From: Promethearchaeati archaeon SRVP18_Atabeyarchaeia-1
Lineage (GTDB): Archaea; Asgardarchaeota; Atabeyarchaeia; Atabeyarchaeales; Atabeyarchaeaceae
NCBI GenBank assembly: GCA_037308085.1
Contig: CP147779.1
Location: 2,624,001 to 2,688,000, forward strand
Reading direction: 5' to 3'
DNA: 64,000 nt
Shown here: piece after piece, positions 19,459-28,072 of the stretch
How the letters are laid out: the number at the start of each line of letters is the position of its first letter
Position numbering within the stretch: the stretch's first letter is position 1
Made by a program: the position numbers and the translations under genes
Notes under the pieces: generated by a model
What the model was told of the DNA's origin: nothing
Databases searched by the model: none
Seen by the model: the letters and a program-made list of their open reading frames with translations, nothing else

Positions 19459-19699
19459 GCTCATTCGGGGTCGGCAATCAGGTGCACCTTGGATGAGAGC
19501 CCTTCTCAGCCCCATTTGGCGCCCGCAATGGAGGTGCCCAGACTTCAAGACGCGAGTATCTGCAGGAAGTCTGGCGCGGGATCTATCCAGCCAGCGCCCA
19601 GACTCACTCCGATCCTAGACCTGAGAAGTAGCCGACCAATCCAATTGAAAGGAGAACTCCGGATTGGGGAATGGATCCTGACTGGCACCCGAAATGAGC
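19459..19699 (+). ncRNA. Candidate structured non-coding RNA (unknown family)
   Basis: 5' and 3' ends pair over about 21 bp with G.U pairs; internal stems 19502-19509/19621-19628, 19538-19546/19566-19574 (GCGA tetraloop) and 19636-19642/19661-19667. Confidence 0.35.
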
Positions 19700-19711
19700 G
19701 CGACCAATGAT

Positions 19712-20605
19712 CTACTTGCCGCTCAGCGCCTTGGGGTATTCCCTTTCTATGACTTTCAGTGATTCGAGTGCCTCTGCCATGGTTAGTTCGAAGATCAATG
19801 GATGTGAGTACTTGTTACGTTCCAGAAATTCGAGCATGCTAGCCACCGGCAACTTCCCCTTCCCCAGGGTCAAGTGATCTCTCACGATCCTGATGCCCTT
19901 CCCCTTCTCTTCTCGGTACCCATCGTGAAAATGTATATTCGCCATTCGATCGAAGTTCTCCTCCAAGAAGTCCATAAAGGGGTAGATGCCAGGATAGCCA
20001 GCGAGAAGATGGCCAGTGTCGAAGCACATCGACACATCAAGCTTGTCGATTATTCTCCTCATGAGCTTGAAGGGGAATTCAACGGTTTCGATGGCCAGTC
20101 TCTTGGGCTCCAAGCTTGTTCTTGAGAGTAGCTCCTGCATACTTTTTTCTGCAATGCTTGCCATCTGGTTGCCTATGAATTCGCGATAGAAATCGCCAAC
20201 CTCTAGCCGAGAGAACTCTGCTGCCAAAGCTCCTGTGGCGTGGACGACATAGACTTCTGGTTCTAGTGGCTCGCAAAGCTTAACAGCGTCGGCCAAGACT
20301 TCGACGGAGGCTTTACGTATAAACTCGTTTGGTGACGCCGGCTCCACTGACCAGAGTGGTAGGTGGACAGTATAGGATATCTTCTCTGCATCTCTGATCG
20401 TGATCAATTCTTCAATACTCGCCTTATTAATAGAGCCAGGTATAACGTAGCCCAAATCTAGACCGAGCTCGATTACTCTGAATCCCTTCTCAATGCACCT
20501 CCTGACTATTGAGGGGGCACTGAGCCGATCCAAGTTGAGCGATCCACCCTCAGTGACCATACTGACTATCCCGGAAAACTCGAAAGGCTGTATCCCAAAT
20601 CTCAA
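19712..20605 (-). CDS. Xylose-isomerase-like TIM barrel (AP endonuclease 2 family), possibly CbiR-like phosphodiesterase
   Basis: YTVHLP, VVH, LAIE, CFDTGH, IHFHD, DHLTLG, IFE metal-binding pattern. Confidence 0.8.
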   Translation of the reverse strand: MRFGIQPFEFSGIVSMVTEGGSLNLDRLSAPSIVRRCIEKGFRVIELGLDLGYVIPGSINKASIEELITIRDAEKISYTVHLPLWSVEPASPNEFIRKASVEVLADAVKLCEPLEPEVYVVHATGALAAEFSRLEVGDFYREFIGNQMASIAEKSMQELLSRTSLEPKRLAIETVEFPFKLMRRIIDKLDVSMCFDTGHLLAGYPGIYPFMDFLEENFDRMANIHFHDGYREEKGKGIRIVRDHLTLGKGKLPVASMLEFLERNKYSHPLIFELTMAEALESLKVIEREYPKALSGK

Positions 20606-20848
20606 CTTAATCCACTTCTTTGCCTAAGACTGTTGCACATAAGGGAGATGAACTCAGCAGGGCGGCACCTCTAATCTTATGAAGGTTTGTCTCTTGAATA
20701 GCTGACCACCGATTCCACGAATGCTTTTTCCTTGCATTATCTCGTGAACTGCCGACCCCGAGCGCGACAAATCTGATCCAGTAAACCAATTTCGCGTTTA
20801 ACCTTTTAAAGGATAGCATCTTTTCGCTGGCTCATTTCTGGATCTATT

Positions 20849-21574
20849 CTATGCAATGTTGAGAATGAATGCCACTGCCATTATTAGAAGGGTAATTGCG
20901 CTGATCTTAGGAACATACTTCGCATACATCTGGATCCTAGGTAAGAGGAACTGGAATGCCTTGATGCACAAGAGAGTTACACCTATGAGCGAAGCAGATA
21001 CTGCAAGACCATAGACTATCATCAACAACCAAGGATCAATGCCACCAACCGCCAGCGCGAGCAGGGCAAACTCTTCCTCATGAGCAAAGCCCAGTATGAA
21101 GGCATACAAAGCGATGCCAGTAAGACTCAATTTCATACTCTTTGCGTGCCGATGGACATGGATGTGCCGTTCTCCGCTGGGATGCTCATGTTCATGTTCG
21201 TGCTCAATCTCTCTGGGATTGCCGTGAAGGTGTCCGTGTTGAGCCTCAAACTCATCCTCAACCTTCTCCCGCCAGAAAGTGATTGCAAGCACACCCAGAA
21301 TCCCAGCGGCAACATATTTCAAAATGATAGTAGGAACGTAGAGGAAAGAAGATATGACTACGAATACTGCTGCCGCCGCGATAGATGAGAGGAAATGAAA
21401 GAAAGCAAGGATGCCCGAAGTCATCAAACCATAGAGCATCGGCCTACCTGTCTTGATGGAATACAAGAAAGCCACAGGCCATCCATGGCCTGGCTCCAAT
21501 CCATGCAGAGATCCAATCACCAGAACTCCGAAATAGGTGGATCCAATCAAGCCCCATGCCCCGCTCTCAACCAA
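20849..21574 (-). CDS. Nickel/cobalt transporter (NicO/RcnA-like) with His-rich loop
   Basis: LHGLEPGHGW, HEHEHEH...HIHVHRH loop, FAHEEE, about 6 TMs. Confidence 0.85.
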   Translation of the reverse strand: MVESGAWGLIGSTYFGVLVIGSLHGLEPGHGWPVAFLYSIKTGRPMLYGLMTSGILAFFHFLSSIAAAAVFVVISSFLYVPTIILKYVAAGILGVLAITFWREKVEDEFEAQHGHLHGNPREIEHEHEHEHPSGERHIHVHRHAKSMKLSLTGIALYAFILGFAHEEEFALLALAVGGIDPWLLMIVYGLAVSASLIGVTLLCIKAFQFLLPRIQMYAKYVPKISAITLLIMAVAFILNIA

Positions 21575-21590
21575 ATGCTCCGGTAACCCT

Positions 21591-23351
21591 CTAACGTAGC
21601 CTAGCCAAGGATTTGCCCGTTGCAGTCTTCCTACCGTCTTGGGCGCGCAATCTTCGTGTCAGATCCCAGTCTATTCTCCTGTTCTTAATATCTATTATGA
21701 CTCCGTACTCGTTCTGCGCAGCTTCCACTGATACGAGTCCGTCCAGTACGTCCTTCAGAACCAAGTGCGGATCCCTGTCGATCGCGTTCCCATACCCACC
21801 TCCCCCTGGGGTCCTGATTATGAGCAGGTCTCCTTTGTTCATCTGAAAACTGCTTTTCGAGCCGAGTCGCCTTTCGGCGCCATCTCGACTCTTCAGCAGG
21901 TATTCTCCCAGTCCTCCTGGTTTTCCTTCATATAGTCCCCATGGGTGGATCTTGTTCCTCTCAGCTAGAATGGATACTGATGCGCCGTTCGATAGTAGCA
22001 TCCAAGTCCGCTCGATTCCTGCTCCACCCCGCCATTTGCCTGGTCCACCCGAGTCTTCCCTAAGTTCGTATTTTATGAGTCTGATAGGATAGGACGCTTC
22101 GATGGTTTCTATCGGTGTGTTCATCGTGTTGGTCATGTGAACCTGAACCCCGTCAGCACCGTCGACGCCCGAGGCTCCACCCATTCCCCCACCTATAGTT
22201 TCGTAGAAGGACCAATGTCCACTTTCATGTTCTTCTCCTCCAACTGTCACGTTGTTCATCGTACCTTGGCCTGCAGCACATATTCTGAGCGGTACCATTC
22301 CTGCGAATGCCTTGAGCAAGGTGTCAACATTTCTCTGTGACGTCTCCACGTTTCCTGCAGCGACAGGAGCAGGAAAAATCGGGTTGAGCAGCGTCCCCGC
22401 CGGTGCATAGATCTCTATTGGCCTGCTGAACCCGTCATTGGTTGGAATAGTCGGATCGGTTACGCACTTGATCGTGTAGTACACTCCCGCCACGGTGACT
22501 CCAAATGGCGCATTCACTGGTCCTCTAACCTGTCCGTCTGTGCCGGTATAGTCTATTCTGATTCTGTCGGTTTTCTTGGTCACCTTGACTCTGATTTTCA
22601 CTGGTTTTTCGTCTGTACCTGTGTCCTCCAAGTAGTCTTCTGCCTCAAATTCCCCGTCGGGCATTTCCATTATTCTTCTTCTCAGTCTTCGCTCTGAGAT
22701 GGACATTGCTTCGTCCACAGCTTCTTTAAACAGATCTGCTCCATACCTACTTACTACCTCGACTACTCGGCGTTCGCCCATATTATTGGCGGCCACCTGC
22801 GCCCTCAAGTCACCCATAGTCGTCTTTGGAGTCCTCACGTTACTCGTTATCCATCTGAGCACCTCGTCGACGATTTTTCCAGACTCCAGTAGTTTTATAG
22901 GCTCTATTATCAGACCTTCTTCTCGAAGTTCCTTAGAGTCGCTAGGCATGCTGCCTGGCGATTTTCCTCCGATGTCAGAGTGATGTGCCTTGTTCGCCAC
23001 GTAACTCACTATTTCTCCACCAAAGAAGACTGCCTGGATTAGTGTCAAATCTGGAAGGTGGGTTCCCGCTATTGCGGGATCATTAACAAGAATCATGTCC
23101 CCTCGCTCAAGTGGATCTTTATAGACCTCAAGGGTCCTTCGGACAGCCAGGGGCATTGAGCCGAGGTGAACTGGTATATGCTCCGCTTGAGCAATCAGCC
23201 TCTTCTTCGAATCGAAAATGGAGCACGAATGATCCATCCTCTCCCTGATATTTGGCGAGTATGCACTGTTTCTCAGAGCGACCCCCATCTCTTCACTTGC
23301 GTAGGTCAGAGCGCCTCTGATCAGCTCAGTTGTGATTAGATCCGCAACCAT
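21591..23351 (-). CDS. hyuB: Hydantoinase B/5-oxoprolinase subunit
   Basis: AYSPNIRERMDHSC, HIPVHLGSM, GTHLPD, AHHSDIGG, TPGGGGYG. Confidence 0.95.
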   Translation of the reverse strand: MVADLITTELIRGALTYASEEMGVALRNSAYSPNIRERMDHSCSIFDSKKRLIAQAEHIPVHLGSMPLAVRRTLEVYKDPLERGDMILVNDPAIAGTHLPDLTLIQAVFFGGEIVSYVANKAHHSDIGGKSPGSMPSDSKELREEGLIIEPIKLLESGKIVDEVLRWITSNVRTPKTTMGDLRAQVAANNMGERRVVEVVSRYGADLFKEAVDEAMSISERRLRRRIMEMPDGEFEAEDYLEDTGTDEKPVKIRVKVTKKTDRIRIDYTGTDGQVRGPVNAPFGVTVAGVYYTIKCVTDPTIPTNDGFSRPIEIYAPAGTLLNPIFPAPVAAGNVETSQRNVDTLLKAFAGMVPLRICAAGQGTMNNVTVGGEEHESGHWSFYETIGGGMGGASGVDGADGVQVHMTNTMNTPIETIEASYPIRLIKYELREDSGGPGKWRGGAGIERTWMLLSNGASVSILAERNKIHPWGLYEGKPGGLGEYLLKSRDGAERRLGSKSSFQMNKGDLLIIRTPGGGGYGNAIDRDPHLVLKDVLDGLVSVEAAQNEYGVIIDIKNRRIDWDLTRRLRAQDGRKTATGKSLARLR

Positions 23352-23398
23352 TCAAGTCTGCACCGCCTGATTGACCAAGTGGAATTTGCTCCTTAGCT

Positions 23399-25507
23399 CT
23401 ATGGGGTCCCCCCAAGCCGGAGTCTGAGATTGCCAAATTCGTCAACTTCGCATTCCCACTTATGAAATACCACTGTTGTCGAATCGTACTGTTCAACTAT
23501 CGCGGGTCCGTGCAGCACATCTCCTGAAACTAGCTTTTCTCTTTCGTAGATCGGGCACTCTTCCCCATTTCCCTCCTCGTCTAGGTGAACGAGTCTCAGA
23601 GACGTAATGGCCTCCCTCGGGTTCTCCCGGTGTCCCTTCGTCTTCTTTGGGAATACGGGTTTACCTGTGATTCCTCTTCCCGACACTCTGAGATTCACTA
23701 ATTCAACTTCTTCGTCTTCCGGCGAGTATCCATATAGCGATTGGTGTGTTAAGTGAAATCCTCTATCAACCTCGCGTAACGCGTCTCCATTGAAGGGGCT
23801 GACTGTGTTGACTTGCAGTTCGTATGCCTGGCCAGAGTATCTCGCGTCCACCCGTCTCTCGAAAACGATGTGCTCGGTATCAACTCCCTCCTCAACCAGA
23901 ATTTTTCTGATTCCCTGCTCCATCTCAGTGAATAGTGTCTCCACCATCTCTGGCTTAGCGTCTGTGACCTTCTTCAGTAGGGGTCTCGAATCGTGGTGAA
24001 CGTAGTCAGCAGTCACCAATCCAAGGGCAGAGAACAGCCCTGGGTTAAGAGGTATTACCACTTGGCTCACAGAGAGCTCTTCTGCGAGCAGGCAGGCGTG
24101 CATAGGTCCCGCACCTCCAAAAGCTATGAGCGTGAATGAACGTGGATCTATTCCCCTCTCGATCGAGACGATTCTCATTATTTTGTTGATCTCCGACACT
24201 GCGATCCTGATTATTCCTGAGGAGGCCTTAATTAGATCCAGTCTGGCTTTCTCGCATATCCACTTGCGAACCGACTTTTCCGCGAGATCTCTATGGATCT
24301 CTAGCTGACCCCCTAGAAGGTACTTTGGATTTAGCCGTCCAAGGACAACGTTAGCATCCGTTACGGTCGGCTTCTCCCCCCCGCGCCCGTAGCATGCTGG
24401 ACCGGGGTCAGCGCCGGCACTCATGGGACCGAGCTGTAGTCCCCCACCTTCATCAACCCAAGCAAGGGTTCCTCCTCCAGCGCCACACTCAACTAGGTCG
24501 ATGAATGGAAATCTAACTGGGTATCCTGAACCTTTTGTGATCCTTCCGCTGTGAATCTTGCCTCCGACCTCGTATTCTGACGTTATCCCAGGTGTGCCGT
24601 CTCTTATGATTCCAGCCTTGGCCGTCGTCCCGCCCATATCGAAGCTGAGAATATTCTTTATGCCTAGCAACCGGCTGTAGAATGATGCTGCGATAACGCC
24701 TGCGGCTGGACCTGATTCTATTATCGTGACGGGCTTCTCCATGATCGCTTTACCAGAAGCGATTCCTCCATTGCTCTGCATTATCATGAATGGTGATTCG
24801 ACCTTAGCCTCAGTTCGCAGTCTAGAAGTGAGTTCTTGTATGTAGCTCGAAATGATCGGCATCAGACATGCGTTTACGACAGCGGTGCTTATTCTCTCAT
24901 ACTCTCTGTATTCTCTTATGACCACGTGCGAGAGTGTTACGCGAAGATCAGGATCTATCTTCTCCAGGCACTTCCCAGCTTCCAGCTCGTGACTCGGCTG
25001 TATGTACGAATTGATGAAGCCTACTGCAACCGACTTTATGTCCTCTCGTCTCAGGGCTTCGCCTATCGCAGCGACTTCATTTTCGTCAATCTGCTCCAGC
25101 TCCTCGCCTTCCGCGCCTATCCTTTCCGATACTTCGTATCTATACATTCGAGGAATGAGAGGCCTGGGTTTCCTAAATGACAGACTGTAAAGCTCAGGTC
25201 TCCTCTGTCTACCTATCTCGATGATATCTCTGAAGCCTCTTGTAGTGAGGAGAGCGGTCTTTGGCAACTCGAATCCAATTTGACCGAGCAGCGCGTTTAC
25301 CGCAACTGTCGTCGCATGGGTTACCGAGACAACTTCACGAGGTTTTGCTCGGCTGAGGAATTCACGTAATGTTCTCAGCACGGCATCAGAAGGCTGCCTT
25401 GGAGTCGAGGAGATCTTGATGTTTGAAAGCTCCCCCGTCTCCTCATTTAGCGCTAGCAGATCAGTGAATGTTCCGCCGATGTCGATGCTGACTCTGTAAC
25501 TCGGCAA
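23399..25507 (-). CDS. hyuA: Hydantoinase A/5-oxoprolinase ATP-binding subunit
   Basis: IDIGGTFTD, ESGPAAG, DMGGTT, SAGADPGPACYG, AFGGAGP; likely TTG start at 25507. Confidence 0.95.
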   Translation of the reverse strand: MPSYRVSIDIGGTFTDLLALNEETGELSNIKISSTPRQPSDAVLRTLREFLSRAKPREVVSVTHATTVAVNALLGQIGFELPKTALLTTRGFRDIIEIGRQRRPELYSLSFRKPRPLIPRMYRYEVSERIGAEGEELEQIDENEVAAIGEALRREDIKSVAVGFINSYIQPSHELEAGKCLEKIDPDLRVTLSHVVIREYREYERISTAVVNACLMPIISSYIQELTSRLRTEAKVESPFMIMQSNGGIASGKAIMEKPVTIIESGPAAGVIAASFYSRLLGIKNILSFDMGGTTAKAGIIRDGTPGITSEYEVGGKIHSGRITKGSGYPVRFPFIDLVECGAGGGTLAWVDEGGGLQLGPMSAGADPGPACYGRGGEKPTVTDANVVLGRLNPKYLLGGQLEIHRDLAEKSVRKWICEKARLDLIKASSGIIRIAVSEINKIMRIVSIERGIDPRSFTLIAFGGAGPMHACLLAEELSVSQVVIPLNPGLFSALGLVTADYVHHDSRPLLKKVTDAKPEMVETLFTEMEQGIRKILVEEGVDTEHIVFERRVDARYSGQAYELQVNTVSPFNGDALREVDRGFHLTHQSLYGYSPEDEEVELVNLRVSGRGITGKPVFPKKTKGHRENPREAITSLRLVHLDEEGNGEECPIYEREKLVSGDVLHGPAIVEQYDSTTVVFHKWECEVDEFGNLRLRLGGTP

Positions 25508-25692
25508 ACTTGTGCACCCACGATGAAAGCCTGTTGGGGTTGTGTTGCATATTGTGAAGGTAGTTCTTACCCTAATAAGCAAGTTGAAGCTGGCTACATC
25601 TGCAATCTTGTAAGAGGAGGAGCAAATACTGTCTTTGACTAGGGCTACTTTTCTCGTCTCGCAAATCCTTATAATCAACAAGAGAACAAGAG

Positions 25693-26565
25693 ATGCGAAA
25701 GGAAGTCAGCCCGGAGGATCTCGTTTTGTGCAAATTCTGTGTCAAGCATGGTGCGGGGAAGAAATGGTATGAGAACGTGCGAAACTACTCCAAAGAGCTG
25801 TACGAGGAGATTAATGCCCATCAATGGACTGTGGATCACTGGCGAGTCAACGACAAGACGTTCGCGGATGGCGTCACTGGATTATATGATCTGGTGAAAG
25901 ATCCTGTGAGAGGTGCCCCAATTAGGAAAACGTGGAATGACATACTTCACAAGGACACCCCTCCCCAGAAGTGGCCTGAGGGACACATGTGCCAAGTAGT
26001 GACTCTGGAAGAAGCAAAACAGATGGTGAAGATAGCTGGACCTGTGGTCAAGTTCCAGTGCATCTGCAGGAAATTTATAAGGAATACGACGGAAAAAGTC
26101 TGTATAGCTTTCCTGAAGCATGCAGAAGTCGCAGAGATGTTTCCTGACCACGTCTACAAGGGCGTCGAGAGAATGTCCCCAGAGGAAGCTGGAGCCTTCT
26201 TGGAGGAGACGAATGAACGCGGTTTTGTCCACACTGCATCTGCGGTTCCAATGCCATACGTGGGTGCGGTCTGCAACTGCCACTACCCAGAGTGCGGCAT
26301 ACTGAGACCGAAGATGGATCTTGGGATTGACTCCTGCTTGAAGGGACATTATGTCGCCTCCGTGAACATCGACAAGTGCACAGGTTGCAAGACTTGTCTC
26401 AGTCGTTGCCAGTTTGGTGCGATGCAATTCTCAGAGATCTTGGGACGTGCTCAAGCTTTCCAGTTCCGCTGCTTTGGGTGCGGACACTGTGCCACGGCGT
26501 GCCCAGAACACGCTATTGACATGATACCTAAGGAGAAAATACTGGCGCTCAAGGATGTGTGGTGA
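25693..26565 (+). CDS. Fe-S protein with C-terminal 2[4Fe-4S] ferredoxin domain
   Basis: CTGCKTCLSRC and CFGCGHCATACP, plus extra CKFC, CICR and CNC..C motifs. Confidence 0.85.
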   Translation: MRKEVSPEDLVLCKFCVKHGAGKKWYENVRNYSKELYEEINAHQWTVDHWRVNDKTFADGVTGLYDLVKDPVRGAPIRKTWNDILHKDTPPQKWPEGHMCQVVTLEEAKQMVKIAGPVVKFQCICRKFIRNTTEKVCIAFLKHAEVAEMFPDHVYKGVERMSPEEAGAFLEETNERGFVHTASAVPMPYVGAVCNCHYPECGILRPKMDLGIDSCLKGHYVASVNIDKCTGCKTCLSRCQFGAMQFSEILGRAQAFQFRCFGCGHCATACPEHAIDMIPKEKILALKDVW

Positions 26566-26569
26566 GAAT

Positions 26570-26803
26570 ATGCCAAGAGTCAAAATCAGTTGGCTTAGGG
26601 AAAAGTGTGGCAAGCCGCAGGACTGCGGCAAATGTCTGCAAGTCTGCCCACATGCCGTATTCACGATGATTGCAGTAGATCGGCAACCGGGGAAATTAAC
26701 TGAGAAATATGACCTGCTTCCTTCCCTCGAGAGTTTCTGCACGATGTGTAATCTGTGCGTCGAGAACTGCCCTAAAGATGCTTTGACAATCAACGTCAAG
26801 TAG
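26570..26803 (+). CDS. Small 2[4Fe-4S] ferredoxin
   Basis: C...DCGKCLQVCP and CTMCNLCVENCP. Confidence 0.85.
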   Translation: MPRVKISWLREKCGKPQDCGKCLQVCPHAVFTMIAVDRQPGKLTEKYDLLPSLESFCTMCNLCVENCPKDALTINVK

Positions 26804-26869
26804 TCTGGGCAGACAACCTTTCTTTCTTCTCTTGGTAGAACGATTTCCAGTGGTAGCCCAGAATCGCTT

Positions 26870-28069
26870 CTATTCCTCAGCTTCGGCTTTGACTGGCAAT
26901 CCCATGGACTTGGCGACTAAGCTCACGAGATCGTGGACTGGAAAGGCACCTTCTTCTAGTCGCGCAGCGGCGTATCGCAGATTTGTCTCGCAAAGCGGGC
27001 ATGCTGAAACGACTGATTCTGCTCCAGTCTGGCGAGCTTCCTTGATTCTTTTTAGTGCTATGTTTACAGCCTCCTCTGGATAGACGGTGAAGAACCCGCC
27101 ACCGCCCCCGCAGCAATTAGAGTTCTTTCTATTGTACTGCATCTCTACCAGCGAGACTCCGGGAATCCTAGATAGGACTCGTCTTGGTGGCTCGTATACC
27201 TCCCCGTGTCTGCCCAGATGGCAGGGATCATGGTAAGTTGTCTTCATGGGGAGGTTCTTGACGAACTTGAGTTTTCCGTCGTTGAGGAGTTTATCCAAGA
27301 CTTCGGTTATGTGTTGGACTTCGATGCTGAATCCTGGTATTGTCTGCGGGTAGGTGTTTTTCAGCATTGTGTAACAGCCAGCGCACCCTGTGATCACTTT
27401 CTTCACTCCGCTATCCTTAAGGAGTTCTGCGTTGTGTCTGGCAAATTCCTCGTAGGTTGATTGGTTTCCATCCCAGTATGGGTGGTTCCCGCAACACCAT
27501 TCGTCTCTAAGTACTGCGAAGTCGAAACCTGATTTGTTCAGCACTCGGACAGTGGCTTCGGCAACGCTTGGATAGCGGTATGATGACACACAGCCTGCAA
27601 AATAGGCGTTTTCGCCTTTGCCCTTGATCGGGAACTCCTTTGGTAGCCAACCAAATCGTTCTGACTGAGGCTTGCCATAGGGATTCCTTGATTGCTGCAG
27701 AACTGAATCCATCTTCCTGTGTTCAGGTAGAGGGGCCTTGCCTGCTTTCACAAGTTCGGATCGAGCAACGCGAATTATCTCTGGCGGATCGATGAATCCG
27801 GTGGGGCAGATCTCCGAGCAGAGTTTGCACGAAGTGCATGCGTAGAGCCTCTTGATGGCGCCCTCCGTCATCGGGTGCCACTCCTTGAGTTGGCCCTTGA
27901 GCATTAGCAGTTTTCCTCTTGGCGTTACCGATTCCCATCCCTCCTCAGCGTACACTGGGCATCTAGCAACACAGTCTGCGCACCAGTTACACAGCATTAT
28001 AGTGGGCCTATACTCTGCGACAGACTTGCGGATAATCTTGGAAGGTTTAATGATTGCATTGCTCACCAT
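26870..28069 (-). CDS. Fe-S oxidoreductase, GlcF/HdrD-like (2 ferredoxin + 2 CCG domains)
   Basis: CNWCADCVARCP, CTSCKLCSEICP, WCCG, YHDPCHLGR, CCGGGGG. Confidence 0.9.
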   Translation of the reverse strand: MVSNAIIKPSKIIRKSVAEYRPTIMLCNWCADCVARCPVYAEEGWESVTPRGKLLMLKGQLKEWHPMTEGAIKRLYACTSCKLCSEICPTGFIDPPEIIRVARSELVKAGKAPLPEHRKMDSVLQQSRNPYGKPQSERFGWLPKEFPIKGKGENAYFAGCVSSYRYPSVAEATVRVLNKSGFDFAVLRDEWCCGNHPYWDGNQSTYEEFARHNAELLKDSGVKKVITGCAGCYTMLKNTYPQTIPGFSIEVQHITEVLDKLLNDGKLKFVKNLPMKTTYHDPCHLGRHGEVYEPPRRVLSRIPGVSLVEMQYNRKNSNCCGGGGGFFTVYPEEAVNIALKRIKEARQTGAESVVSACPLCETNLRYAAARLEEGAFPVHDLVSLVAKSMGLPVKAEAEE

Positions 28070-28072
28070 AAT

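Noticed and set aside
19459-19699. SRP RNA, RNase P RNA or cobalamin riboswitch identity
   Set aside because: The SRP helix-8 motif, RNase P CR-I/CR-V and the B12 box were not found in the correct arrangement on either strand.
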